Positions 1 through 13,558 of a DNA stretch of 64,000 nt are shown piece after piece; position 1 is the stretch's first letter, and every line of letters starts with the position of its first letter. The notes below the pieces were generated by a model, which had not been told where the DNA came from, made no database searches, and was given only the letters and a program-made list of their open reading frames with translations. The translations under genes were made by a program, and so were the position numbers. This DNA comes from Geosiphon pyriformis uo1 (taxonomy: Eukaryota; Fungi; Glomeromycota). Location of the stretch: positions 62,001-126,000 of the forward strand of contig JAAOMT010000531.1 in assembly GCA_016748015.1 (NCBI GenBank), written 5' to 3'.

Positions 1-52
1 TTCCACTACTGAAAAAGAAGACATTAGCACTAATCTACAAAATTCATCAACT

Positions 53-2164
53 GTGGAGACTGCAAGACCTAGTACACCTCTATTTAGATTTGAAACTACC
101 AATAGACTAATTGGAAGTGTAAACACAAGTAGTGGAGATGATATGCCCTTTAGAATAGCCAACACATTAAAAAAAACAGCTTTATATAAGAAAGTGGCAG
201 ACTTTTCTCCAATAACAGCTAACAGATTAGAGAAAAAAGCCAACAAGAAATACAGACATATTGGAAGAATAAGTGTAAAAGAGCTAACTGAGAAATTCAA
301 CCAAATAACTGAAGAAAATTCACCCGAAACCACATCTGTCCAAATCAATAACTTTGTCTTGCAACCAATGTTTAACAAATGTGAAAATAGCAACAAATTT
401 CAAATGGAAGCTTGGACCAGTGAAAAGGGAGCCTCAAAGTCCCTGAAAAAAATAGATAAACCATCCAAAGTGCCTAAAAAAAACAGAAAAAGAGCTGCAC
501 AAATAGAAGCAGCTCTGAGAAAGTGCAATCCTGATATTTTGGACAGGATCAACAGAGGAAATTCTGTAATAGAGAATGAAAAGCAGATGAATAATCCATT
601 TAACACAAACAGAAATAAGCCTAATATAGATGATGTCACAGAAGACATAAAAGATTCTGAATTAAGCCTATCAAGCAGAATGGCTAGTCCAAGTTCAGGA
701 CAATAGAGTAGTAAATTACTTGGCAAAAAACCCATGCTTATGAAAACAAATCAGGAGGATGAATGAAGAATGGTGGTCTATGGTACCAAAAGGCATGTAC
801 TTTTTGTGCAGGCATTAGATATATCTGAAAAGATCATGGAAAAGAAAGTGGAATGGATTTATGATCTCTTGGAAAATATAAGGTACCTTTTGGGAGCTGT
901 AATAGCTAGAAACCAAGAAATTAGAGTTGATTTTTTCCAAGTGGCTGGAAGAGACCAAGCCAGAGAAATCCTGGCAAATAATAAAATTGAATCATTTTTG
1001 ATGGCTACTGATGGTGTCAACAACCAAATGGCTGGTCAAAGAAAAGTCTTGGTAAGAGACATCCCTTTGGTCATCTCTGACAAAGAAGTGGGAGCTGCCA
1101 TAAAAGAATTTGGTGAGGTCAAAAAAATCCAAATCAGAGTGGCCAGCAAATGACAATTAGCAGTGGTTAAGTATAACAACCAAGAAGAAGCTACCAGAGC
1201 TGTAAATCAATGGTCGACTATGGTCAGAAAAAATGCAGTCAGAATTTACCCAATAATTGAAACTCAGAAGATTATTAAGCAGAGAAAAACCTGGGAAGCT
1301 AAATTGGTGGACCTACCACAAAACTGTACTGCTTACTATTTGAGCACCACTCTGGATCAAATCAAAGCCCAATTCTGCTTTATTCTAAGAACTAGTAAAA
1401 ATTATACAAAGATGGGCTGTGCTTACATAAGATTTGACAGTGAAGCTAACCACAACAATGCCACTAAAAAGCCCTTGGTAATTGGTAATATACTGGTCTA
1501 CTGGGTGCCTACTAATGCTAAAAAGTGCCACTTTTGTTACCAGATAGGGCACTTGGTTTCAAAATGTCCAACTTTGCATAAGAAAAAAGAAGGAGATACC
1601 AAGAAAGTTATCAACAACATCAGGTTGGCAAAACTGTATATTAAGAAAAATGTTCCAGAGGAAAACATCAAGGCCTTTGGTAGAAGATCATATGCTGATA
1701 TGGCTGTACTTAGACTGTCTTATAACTGGAACAACACCAATCCAAAAACCTAGTTCACAAGTAAACAATAGAAAAGAACAAGGAAAAAAAGGGGTCAACC
1801 AATCATGGAAGGCTGAAATTAATGAATTGAGAAAGCAGGTTAATAAAATGGCAAAACTGCTGAATGCAGTGGCTGCCAAATTTGGAGTAACAATAGAGAA
1901 AGAAAAAGAAGCAATAGTTGCTCAACAGCCAAGTAACACCTTAGAAAAAAAAAAAAGATAGAAAATAGATTATCAAGCCAAAGTACTACATTCAAATCTA
2001 CCTCAATAGGGAAAGAAGAGATATACAACTCAGAATTGGAAATCAAAAGAATTAAAAAAATATTGGAGCCCATTCTGGAGTTATTGAAGCAAGTAAAAAA
2101 ACAGGGTAGCTGGGGCAGTTCTACTGTTGGAGAATCTAAATTTATGGAAACAGATAATGTGTAG
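53..2164 (+). pseudogene. LINE A ORF1 (two RRM-like domains + CCHC zinc knuckle), broken by stops
   Basis: KVLVRDIPL..EFGEVKKIQI, AKLVDLP..CAYIRFDS, knuckle CHFCYQIGHLVSKC (Cx2Cx4Hx4C), coiled-coil-like C-terminus. Confidence 0.85.
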
Positions 2165-2199
2165 CACATCTAATTCCAACATAGAACAGAACTACTCCA

Positions 2200-3558
2200 A
2201 TAACAACACTTGAAAAATTGGTACTGTTAATGTTAAAGGGCTTAATAACCCTGATAAAGCTGAAGAGGTGCTACATTGAGTTATTGAAGAACAATTTGAC
2301 TTTGTGATTGTTACAGAAACTAAAATAACTCCAATAAAAAAAAAAGGTGTATTTTTTGGTTCTGATGAATATCATGCCTTTTGAGAGTTAAGTGCAGAGA
2401 AACAAATAGGAACTGGTGTCAGTATACTAGTCAAAAAAAGTTGAATACACCATGTAAAAACAATCAAGGAATATTATGGAAGGCTGTTACATTTGGGATT
2501 AAAATTTAGAGAAAGAATTAGTGTACACATAGTAGAACTGTACATGCCTGCTTCCAAATCACTTACTGAAAAAGCAGTAGCTAAAGAAATCAGGAAACTT
2601 TTGGAAAACATTGTGCAAAACAAAGAGATAATTATAGTTGTAGGTGATTTGAATAAAGATCTGTCATCCAAATCACTTGAGAAAACATATACTACAAAAA
2701 AGACTAAAGCTTGTCCAACCACTGCAACATTACAACATATGAATTTATTGGATACACATGAGGTGTATGCAACAAACAATCCAGAAATGACATGGGCATT
2801 AAATGGTATACAAAGAAGATTAGACTATGTGTTTACTGATGCAGTTACAGCCTCATTAGTCACAAACATTGGAGTGATTGATGTAAATGAATTTTTTAGC
2901 ACAAATTACAAAGCAGTAGTAACAATTATCCGATCTAACAGAATCTTGGCAAACAGTAAAAAATCTAGATCTGGGAGAAAGAAGAGTAGCACAACTATAA
3001 TTAATGTTAAAAAAGCATCTAAATTACAATAGGAAATCTATGCAAAAAAAACTGATCGATTAACAGATGAAGCACAAAAAAAATCAGTAGATTACAGCAA
3101 TGATGATCTAAACCTAATGTGGCTTACAATCAAGGAGACTGTACTACAAGCTGCTAATTGTCTACCAAAAAAGAAAGTGGAAGCCCAATCTATACACACA
3201 AAGAAAGAATGCATGGATTACAAACTTGTTAAGATTGTTGCTGATATAATCAAACAAATAAGAGTAAACAATGCAGATATACATGATAACAATGTTATGC
3301 AGTTGTTGGCCAAATGGAAACAGCTGAAACCTAAGACAGTTAATACATATTTGATGACTCTCCCAAAGGATAAGCTAATTATAGAATTACTCAATATTAA
3401 GAAAGAATACAGATCAACACTGTGAGCTAAGATCAGACTACAATAGCAGAGACAGATAGTGGACAATATTATTAAGAAAGAACAAAACTTTGATCTAAAC
3501 AAAAAAGCTATAATCAAAAGCATTCTGGACAAAAAAAGACAAAGAATTGTACTAGACC
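2200..3558 (+). pseudogene. LINE A ORF2 N-terminus: AP-endonuclease domain and linker
   Basis: Motifs KIGTVNVKGLN, VTETK, GVSILV, VGDLN, RRLDYVF, STNYK (degenerate SDH). Confidence 0.85.
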
Positions 3559-5991
3559 TTTTTTTTTTTTTTTATGTTAATGTGTAGCCACGCTGATCGT
3601 TTATTAGTTTTGTTCAACAATAAAGTTGGCACTTTTATAAAGCCAGCTCACCCAATAATACAAAGTTTACAAGATGCAGCTAACCACTTAGTAGAAAGCC
3701 CTAACTACACGCTAATACTATTTTTGCTACTTAATGTATCAAACATTTCTAATTCATACATCTTACCCATAATGCTAATAAGCTTATAACTATTCTTAAC
3801 CATACTATTCATCCACTTAGCAGTCTGATCAGGACTGGATTTGATACTGGAAGGCTGATCTTCTCATAGGTGCATTATAACATCAAAGGTATTATCATAA
3901 ACTGAAAAATCTTTATCATCATCATTATCATTATTAACCATGTCATCAACATCTGATCCATCTTCCAAGCCAGCCTGTTCACATCTTTTCTTAAGATGAG
4001 TAATGCTTCTCTGTATCACAGAAACAACAGCAGCCAAGCCTTTATTTTGCTTAACCAAACCATTCACACATTTCTTAACCAACACATCCACAGCAGTTGG
4101 AGTAAACAGCAGTTTAATAACCAATGTAACAAGAGCACCAACAGGTTTAACTAAAGATTTTATTAACACAAAGAGTTCACTAAGATGGGATTCCAAAAAA
4201 GCCAATCTAGATTTAACAGCAGAATTGGGAACAGAAGGTATAGCAGACACCATGGATGGTGTAGTTTTGGGAGGACCACAGAGGTCTAAGTTTATATTAG
4301 CAGTAGCAGCACCAAGAGGAACCACAAAAGCAGCAGCTTTGACATAAAATTTAGATTCAGCAAATGAAGGTTTGAAAATTTTGGGTCACCAGAAGTGTTG
4401 GAGGAGAGTTTGGGTATAAGAGAAGGCAACTTCTTACAGTCCATGACCAAATGATCCAAGTCTTGACATCTGTAACAGCAGTAACACCCAGAAGTTTCCC
4501 ATCAGATGCAACAACCATGCAAGGTACCAGTTTTTAACACAGCAACATTCAGAAATTCCAAAGAATTAAAAGTAACCACAGCAAAGCATTGATGTCAATA
4601 AGATTCAGAGGAGTGAGGAATGAAACATGTATGGCCACCAACTTGGGAGACCAAATCACTTATCTCTCAAAGGCAGTACAGCCAAACAGAAGATTGACCA
4701 ACTTAGCTTTGAATGCATTTCTTAAGGAGATAATCTTCTTTTGGTTGGCAATGGGAAGGATCTTAACACTATTTTTTCTGACCAATACAGACCAGTTAGA
4801 AAGAGCAGCAGCAGCAGAAGAAATGTCCTTAAAGTTAACCACAGTGTATTGCCATAAGCCAGCAGGCTTCAACTTAACAGAAGTGACAACACCAAAAATG
4901 CCAAGAGCAGATTTGATGTCATCAGAAGAGATACCCAAAAGTACGTCATGCAGTACAACTGACAAAGAAGGAGAAAAAACAGAAGCCACTCCTGAAGACT
5001 GTGCAATCTTAAGAGTGGTCAAAAAATCTCATCACCAATAGCCACTTTGGTAGCACTATTTAGACACTCCTGAAATGCAAATTCCACACAAAACAACTTG
5101 ATAGCATCTCGTAAAACAGATTTAAGCCCAATACAACCAGGCAGCAACTGAAACAAAGAACTAATCAAAGCCATCTTGATCTTAAACATAGTATCAGGTA
5201 CAAGATTGGAGGCCACCCAACCAGAGAATTTTTGACATCCATTCACATTCTCCCAAGTACTAGCATTAGTTGTACCAGAAACTGGAAAGAGGACAGTTGT
5301 TTCCATTTTCATCTGATCAGCCCAATCTTTGAAATCATCTGGATTGATGGACTGTTTTGCTACTGGAATTGGCGATGATCTACCAGAGAGTACCATATCA
5401 GGCAACACAGCCAATGGTTGATCTTGGCTCATTTTGGAAGATGTGCCACTGCTGTTGCCATTCATATCAGGAATAGGGCTGGCTGCTGCTGTGGAGATCT
5501 TACCGAAGATCTCATCTGGAACCACAAAAGGGTTTGGTGTGACCATAGCAGTTGTGACTGCTTGCTGCTGTTTTTTGGGATTTTTCGCTTTTGCAGCCAT
5601 TTGTGAAGCAGTAGTAGTAAAAGTAATAGTGGGAGTGATAAGAGCAGGAAAGACCAATTTGTTGACTGGTCTGTTATTAAAAATCTTTGGGCTCTTTGAA
5701 GTGGTAGAGACAACACTGGAACTAACTCAAGTGTGTTTTTTTGAAGAAACTTTGACTAAAGAAGAACTTCCAGCCAAAGGAGAAGAAAATAAACCAGAAG
5801 CTGCTAAAGGCAGCTTATCACTAATATTTTTTAAGGGAAATGTTGCCAGAACATTTTGTCTAGCTGTTTTAATAACAAAAAAACCCTTTCGTGTTGAAAC
5901 TTCATTAGTTACTATAGAAAAAGTAATGTTTGCAACTTTTTTACTTTTAATTCTATACATAGTCATGAATTTTTAGGAGAAAAAGAGTTTT
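3559..5991 (-). mobile_element. Family B copy B1: ORF1-only non-autonomous retroposon, full length
   Basis: Poly(T) at 3559-3573 is the poly(A) tail. Tail matches LINE A 3' end. Single decayed ORF 5966-3705. No EN or RT. Confidence 0.88.
3705..5966 (-). pseudogene. B-element ORF1-like protein (~750 codons; RRM-RRM-CCHC, coiled coil, acidic tract)
   Basis: SVVLHDVLLG..FGVVTSVKLKPAGLWQY; WSVLVRKNSVKILP; AKLVNL; CYRCQDLDHLVMDC. Several stops. Confidence 0.8.
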
Positions 5992-7051
5992 AGTTGATGA
6001 AGATCTGGCATCTAAATCACTTGAAAAAACAATTACCACAAACAAAGAAAAAAAATGTTCCACTGCAACATTGCTGCAACAGATAAATCTAGTAAATATA
6101 CATAAAATATATGCAGTAAATAATCCAGACAATACATGAGCATCAAATAGAGTACAAAAGAGATTGAATTATGTGTTTACTGATGTTATTACAGCCTTAC
6201 TGGTCACAAATATTGGGGTGATTGATGTTAATAAATCATTTAGCACTGATTACAAAGCAGTAGTAACAATCATCCGATCTGATAGAATTTTGGTAGACAC
6301 TAAAAAATCTAAAACTGAGAGAAAGAAGTGTAGCACAACTATGATTGATGTTAAAAAGACATTTGGGGTCCAATGAGAGATCTATGCTAGAGAAACTGAT
6401 TAACTAACAGATGAAGCACAAAGAAAATCAGTAAATAACAGCAATGATGATCTAAACCAGATGTGGCTTACAATTAAAGAAACTGTGTTACAAGCTGCTG
6501 AGTGCCTACCAAAAAGGAAAGTGGAAGCCTAATCTGCACACACAAAAAAAAATGCATGGATCACAAACTTGTTAAGATTGTCACTAATATAATCAAACAA
6601 ATAAGAGTAAACAATACAGATATGTATGATAACAATATTATGCAGCTATTGGTCAAATGGAAACAATTGAAACCTAAGACAGTTAATGCATATCTGATAA
6701 CTCTTCCAAAAGATAAACTTATTGTTGAATTACTAAGCATCAAAAAAAAATACAGATCTACACTACATGCTAGAATCAGATTACAACAACAAAGGCAAAT
6801 AGTGAACAATATCATCAAAAGACAACAGAACTTTGAGCTAAACAAAAGAGCAATGATCAAAAGCATTCTAAACAGAAAAAGACAAAGGATAATACTGGAC
6901 CATATTATAGAAGAAAGCAAATTTCATGATAATTCTGATGAAATCAAACAAAAAAGCTTAAGGGTAAACTAGAACAAGAATTCTTGAACCTGAACTATGA
7001 AAAAGTTGGGAACACAGGTTTAGACCAATTGAGAGTATCCCAGATAATGCC

Positions 7052-10000
7052 TTTTTTTTTTTGTTAATGTGTAGCCACGCTGGTTTTTTATTAGTTTAGC
7101 CACACTTATAAAGCATAATCTTTTCATAAAGCCAACTCACCCAATAATCTAAATTACAAGATGTGGCTAACTACTAAGTGGTTATGCCTAACTACATGCT
7201 AGTATAACCAAAAAATCTATGAGATATTACACTATTATACATAGTACTCCTATCACAAAAAACATCAGTCAGTATACCATTATACTGTGTATAAACATCA
7301 CCTACTTTGACTATAAATTCATCACTAACTTTACCACTATTTCTTGAAATACTATCTATACTAGAGCCACTAGTTGGATTTCTCTTGACCCTATTATCAA
7401 TACCCATTGTTTTTTCCCATTCAGTTTGCAGTTTGCAACATTCTTCCCACAATCTATTCCTTGCTTAAGCAACTGCCTATTTACATACCTTAATTAATAC
7501 TTTATTGCTAGTCCTCAGGTCGATGTCAGAAAAAGTATTGATCTGTCCAAATTGCTTATTAATCAGTTCTTTATATAGCAGATCTACATTAGACGCTGAC
7601 CTAATGTATTTATTAGACAGTACAATCTTCACATCATTGTTTTGGGCTTCGCGTTCCCCCCTCACAGCCTCTGAAAGACACTGTATCCACTTATTTTTAA
7701 CATCATCAATTAGTGTCTTGTCCTTTTGGGTATTCAAAGAGCATTCTCAAAAATGCCAGTTGGTTTCCACTTCCCTGTGACATGTCTTGCAAAGATTATT
7801 CAAGTATACATGAGAATGTCTGTTGTATAGCACCTCTGCTGTTGGCAGCATGTTGTGAAATGATTTCATAATAAATGTGCGCATTGCTGAAGAACTAGCT
7901 GAGGTAAAGTCTGATGACATTTTACCATCCCAGTTCCAAATCTTGGTTGTACATATTCAGTCTATATCTTGGTCTAAAGATTCTATTGTCTCTTAAACTT
8001 TGTTGTTGCCTATCTAGTCTAAAGCTGATTGAAGCCTAGCCTGTTTGTTCAGAAAATGCCTGATGTTTAGATCTAATTCAACTTCTCCACAAACAGGAAT
8101 GTATGCAGCCTTCTTAGCATTGTAGGCCCATCTCATTGTATTAAGAACAGTAGATTTTTTGGCCAGTTTGTCAGCCTTCTCATTTTCAAGTATACCAGCA
8201 TGTGCAGCCACTTTGTTCATGCTGAGATCAATCCTTTTTTCCCTTATTATTGCTCTGATTGCATTCCATGTGCACCAGTTTGGGGTTTTGAGCTGATTTC
8301 TGATAGACAGGGAATAATTTTTGGACAACCATCTTTGAGCCGTTGTCATCACCACTTGACTATCTGTGTTTATTGTTAGTTTACATCTATAAGGCACTGC
8401 TTCCAAAGCTAGTAATACAACCTTTGTCTCCACTTTTGTTGATGACAATGTTCCATCAATTGCTATACCAAATTCAGCCTCTATTCCATGTATTATGAAA
8501 GCGGCTGCTCTTCTTGCTTCCTCAGAACCAGCTTTTACCAGTAAGTTATCTGTTGATATTTCTATCTCTTTCCTGAGTTTTAATTTCTCTTGTACACACT
8601 TCCATTGTGATAGTAAAGTGTCAGGAATATGGATATAAATAGTGTCTCTTTGCATTGTTTCTAACTCATCTGGTATTTGATTAGTCAGTATGTGCATACT
8701 CAATGTCTCACATTGTGCTATATCAATGTTTCTGTACTCATCTATAATAATTGTAGATTCTAAAATCTTAAACCATTTGGGAATTCTACCACTATCGCTT
8801 TGTTTGTACTTCTTTGTGAAGTCCATCCATGTCATTAATGACTCATTATTGTTCTGTATTTGATGCAAGTACAGCATGTTTTTCTTTCTCAGTAAGCTTC
8901 TAACTTTAATGTAGGTTTCATTTGAAGGTAAGATAGACTCAATTAAATATGTCTGTGGTCTTGAAGATTCAGGTATCCCATGTGTGTTACCATTGCTCTT
9001 GAATGAGATGCCTCTTTTTTCTATCATCTGTATAATGTTTGCTATAAAATTAACCTCTGGCTTGGATTGTTCATTGGTGGGATATTCAAGTATACTATAA
9101 GCTGACCATCTCTGTGCCTGCAAGTTGGCTAGTCTGATTTTTGTAGCCATTCCAGCAATATCAGCACTGTTCAATCTAACTAACAAATCTGTAATCTTGC
9201 CTTTTGCTTGTATATCATCAATTTTGAACAAGTTATACAAGAATGAGTGATGCATGGCACTAGCTGGGAAGTTTACTGAGAGTTTTGCTTTTTTCTTCAC
9301 AGTGGCCAAAATCTTTGAAGTCCATTTTTTAGCCCAGCTATTAGGAATATGAGTCAACTGAGACCTGAATTCAATAGTTGGACTGAGTACACTGTTAAAA
9401 ATGTAGATGGCCTGTTTTTCAGTTATGTGTTTTTTCTTGATAACTGCACATACTGCTTCAATGTCAGATCCTATTATTTTTAGAACAGTCTCATTTTTAT
9501 CATCTGCTCTGATCCATACTCCCAGATATTGGGTACATGTAAATGAATCCAACAATTTCAAGATTTGTTTGTCTGGACCAAATTTTAGTGGCTCTACCAT
9601 CAAAGATCTCCCTTTGAAGAGTCTGACTACCATTGTCTCAGTCTTATCTAAGTTGATCTCAATATCCACCATTCTAAAAAAAGAGCTGGCTGTGTCCAAA
9701 ATACTTTGTATTCCTTGTCTTGAGTTAGCTATCTACACTGTGTCATTGATGAAGACAAAATAATTCACTGACACCAACAGAGATTGTGTATCTCCTTAAT
9801 TATCTCACTTTTTTCATGCTGCTGTTAGTTTGTATCCCTGACTATAATTGGCTTGTTTTACTTCACACAGTAAGGGATCGTAAAAAATTCTCCACATAAT
9901 AGATGAGCTTATTTCCCCTTGATCCAATCTATCATGTACTTGATATTTGTCACTTAGCCCAAATTCAGTTATTATCCTGTTACTTCTATTGTTGTGCATC

Positions 10001-10904
10001 AAGCCAAACAGCTCAGTAAACCTATTGTTCATCTTAATTTTCTTTAGTGCAGCTTTTATGGGTTTCCATCCCACTGAATCATATGCCTTTTTCATGTCCT
10101 GAAATGTAAACCAAGCCTTTTTATCAAATTCTCTTGCATGTTCAGCTACAGCATTAATCACATGAATAGGCACTGCTGTGGAAGTATTCTTTAATACTGA
10201 GGTATTGTAACCTTTTAGGACATTGTGGAGTTCACATGCTTTTAATATTCTTACAGTTAGAATCTTTGTTAAGATTTTTCTGGTGCTTTCAATGAGTGTG
10301 ATCGGCCTGGTGATGTTAATATTGCCACCCCATTCTTTTGGCTTTGGAATCAGTATGACTTGTGCTACTCTCCACTCCTCAGGCATGTTTGCTGCTTTAA
10401 TGCAAGTATTAAGCAACATTTTCAGTTTAGACTTGGTATTAGACCCAGCCTTTCTTCAGAGTTCAGCTTGAATGCCTGATGGGCCAGGAGCTTTGTTATG
10501 AGATGTGTGGCTCAATATGTGTTCAAATTCCTTATTTGTTAATTCATCCATTACACCATCAAAGGCATAGTCTGGAATGCTTTCGATCGGTTCAAATCTG
10601 TGTTTCCAACTTTTCCATAGGTCAGGCTTAATGTTTTTTGTCCTGGTCTATTCTTGGGCTTTTTTGTTTACTAGCTTTTAAATTTCATCAGGATCATCAT
10701 GAAATTCGCCTTTTTCAATTACATGGTCTAGTACAATTCTTTGTCTTTTTCTGTTCATGATGCTTTTGATCATAGCTCCTTTGTTTAGATCAAAGTTTTG
10801 TTGTCTCCTAATGATATTATCCACTATCTGTCTCTGCTGTTGTAACCTGATCCTAGCTCGCAGTGTTGATCTGTATTCTTTCTTAATATTGAGCAGTTCT
10901 ACAA
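7052..10904 (-). mobile_element. LINE A copy A3, 5'-truncated, inserted antisense in A2
   Basis: Poly(A) at the 7052 end. TSD cccagataatgYc at 7039-7051 and 10905-10917. Contains RT, RNase H and terminal CCHC. Confidence 0.92.
7192..10900 (-). pseudogene. LINE A ORF2: RT, RNase H and C-terminal zinc finger
   Basis: LIPKP, RPITLIE, DMKKAYDSV, QGE..S, F(I)xDT, YLGVWI; RNase H ISTD.., STKVE, NTDSQ, VAAHAG..ENEKADKLA; CKTCHREVETNWHF*EC. Confidence 0.88.
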
Positions 10905-11343
10905 CCCAGATAATGTCTTTGATGATGTGATGGCTGAAATAACAATTAAGAAATTTGACCACACATTAAGCCACACACCCTGTAACAAAGCTTCTGGCCC
11001 ATCAGGCATACAAGCTGAACTTTGGAGAAAGTCTGGTTCTAACACCAAGTCTAAACTGAGAACATTGCTTAATGTTTGTGTAAAAGCAGCAGACATGTCT
11101 GAGGAGTAAAGAATAGCACAGGTCATACTGATTCCAAAGCCAAAAGAATGGGGTGGCAATATTGACATCACCAGACTGATCACACTCATTGAAAGCACTA
11201 GAAAAATCTTAACAAAGATTTTAACTGCAAGAATATCAAAAGCATGTAAGCTCCACAATGTTTTAAAAGGTTATAATATTTTAGTTCTGAAAAACACATC
11301 TACAACAGTGCCAATTCATGTGATCAATGCTGTTGCTGAACAT

Positions 11344-12355
11344 TGTTACCAGTAGAATTTTAGCTATTAATTAGCATGAAATTACCCTTATAATTCCTAT
11401 AATTCATTAGTATATTAATATCATTTTAAATTATCATTTATTATTTAATTAATTATCACATATCACGATTCAATTAAAATAATCTAATTAGTACAACAGA
11501 AAGTAAGATGATTAAATTACATAATACCCTGAACTTTGTAACATTCAAAAATTTGCCGAAATTTACAGAAATTTGCCAAAATTTATAAGAAATTCGCCGA
11601 AATTTACAGAAATTTGCTGAAATTATGAATAGTTCACCCAAATTAATCAATAGTTCAGCAAAGTAACTTGTAGTTCATCAAAATGTATCTTTAGTTTGCT
11701 AGAATTTGGGCAAAGAGAAAAAGTGCAAGTTCATAAACTAGTACTACAACAAGTTGTATAAAAGAAGAGCTTTTTTTTTCTGGAAAATGTATCTTACTTT
11801 AGATTTATCTCTTAAAACCGTTCCTATACACACAAAAAGAAATAAATATCAAATAATTCGAAAAACCAAATTCTTTAATTATTGTACTTGGAAAATTCCC
11901 AAAACCCAACTAACGTTTTAAAATTGATTGGCTACCAATTTCAGTAAACTGTTAGTGACTCCAGACCTGGATAGAAAACGTTTCTCTTGACAAAATTCTA
12001 TTTCTTTTACATTTCTTTTATTTTCTTTTATTTTTCTTATTACAATCATTAGGGTAGCCTACAGACAAGATTCCTGTAGAAGAATTGACTTTCACAGCAA
12101 AGTAACTACACATTTTTAGTGAGCTTCCAGACAAACAATTCCTAGGAAAGAGTTGACATTTACTACAACGTAACTACATAAAGTAACTGACAAGGAATTG
12201 GCTATTCCACTTATAAGCCCAGCAGTTCAAATTATAGGAGATAATTTGAAGATAAATTCAGTTATTAGAGGTTCAACTACTTCCTGAAAACGTGAATTCA
12301 CAGCAAATCAACATTACCAACATTTAAGAAAAGAGACCAAAAACCTCCGGTAACA
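11344..12355 (+). mobile_element. Solo LTR of a G1-related subfamily (1012 bp)
   Basis: TGTTACC...GGTAACA termini. Strong similarity to the G1 LTRs. Flanks acat/gcat (4-bp TSD, one mismatch) interrupt LINE codons AVAEH|AREF. Confidence 0.92.
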
Positions 12356-13558
12356 GCATGCAAGAGAATTTGGTAATGAGGCTTGGTTTACATTTCAGGA
12401 CATAAAAAAGGCATACGACTTAATGGGATGAAAACCCAGAAGCTGCACTAAAGAAGATCAAAATGAACAATAGGTTTACTAAGCTATTTGGCTTAATACA
12501 TAACAATAAAAGTAATAGGATCATAACTGAGTTTGGGTTAAATGACAAATATCAAGTATAAGATAGATTAGATCAAGAGGAAACAAGCTCATCTATCATG
12601 TGGAGAATCTTCTATGACTTCTTACTGTGTGAAGTAAAACAAGCAAATTACAGCCAGTAATACTAATTAACAGCTGAATGAAAAAAGTGGGACAATCAAC
12701 CAGACACACAATCCCTAATTGCATTAGTAAACCACCTTGTCTTTGTCAATAACACAGTGTGGATAGCTAACTCAAAACAAGATATGCAGAGTATTCTGGA
12801 TACTGCCAGCTTCTTTTTTAGAATGGTGGATATTGAGATCAACTTAGATAAGACTGAAACAATAGTGATCAAACCCTCCAAGAAGAAATCAGTATTAGTT
12901 GAGCCACTAAAATTTGGTCCAAACAAACAAATCTTGAGATTGTTGGACTTATCTACATGCATCCAATATTTGGGAGTATGGATTCAAGCAGATAGAAAAA
13001 ATGAGACTGTGCTGAAGATGATAAGATCTGACATTGAAGCAGTGTGTAAGATTATTGCGAAAAAACACATCACTAAGAAACAGACAATTTACATTTTCAA
13101 CAGTATACTCAGTCCAGCAATAAAATTTAAATCTCAATTAACCCATATACCAAATAGTTGGGCCAAAAGATGGAACTCAAAGATCTCAGCCACTGTAAAA
13201 AAGAAAGCAAACCTCTTAGTAGATTTCCCAGCCAGTGCTATGAATCATATATCTTTGTACAACTAATCTAATAGCAAACATCATGCAGATAATGGATGAA
13301 AAAGGCATCTCATTCAAAAGCTCTGGTAATACATATGGGGTGCCTGAATCCTTTTTTTTTTTTTTTTTTATTAACGTGTAGCCACACCAGTTGTTTATTA
13401 GTTATTCCACAATAATGTAGCAGTTTCATAAAGCCAGCTCACCCAATAATACATATTACAAGATGTGGCTAACCACAAGCAGAAAGCCCTAACTACACAC
13501 TAGTACTACCTTTGCTACCTAATGTATCAAACATATCTAATTCATACATCTTACCCAT

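Larger units (their letters stand above)
1..3558 (+). mobile_element. LINE family A, copy A1 (5' part: ORF1 + endonuclease/linker of ORF2), cut off by B1
   Basis: ORF1 fragments 53-2164 and ORF2 APE motifs. Homologous to copies at 5995-7051 and 47156-48034. Confidence 0.9.

Noticed and set aside
2650-6900. ~900-bp target-site duplication around B1
   Set aside because: The two LINE segments (2650-3558 and 5995-6900) differ by many non-transition changes, so they are different subfamily copies rather than a duplication.
11548-11705. CRISPR-like repeat/spacer periodicity
   Set aside because: Units are ~20 bp in total, degenerate, inside eukaryotic LTRs, with no cas genes.
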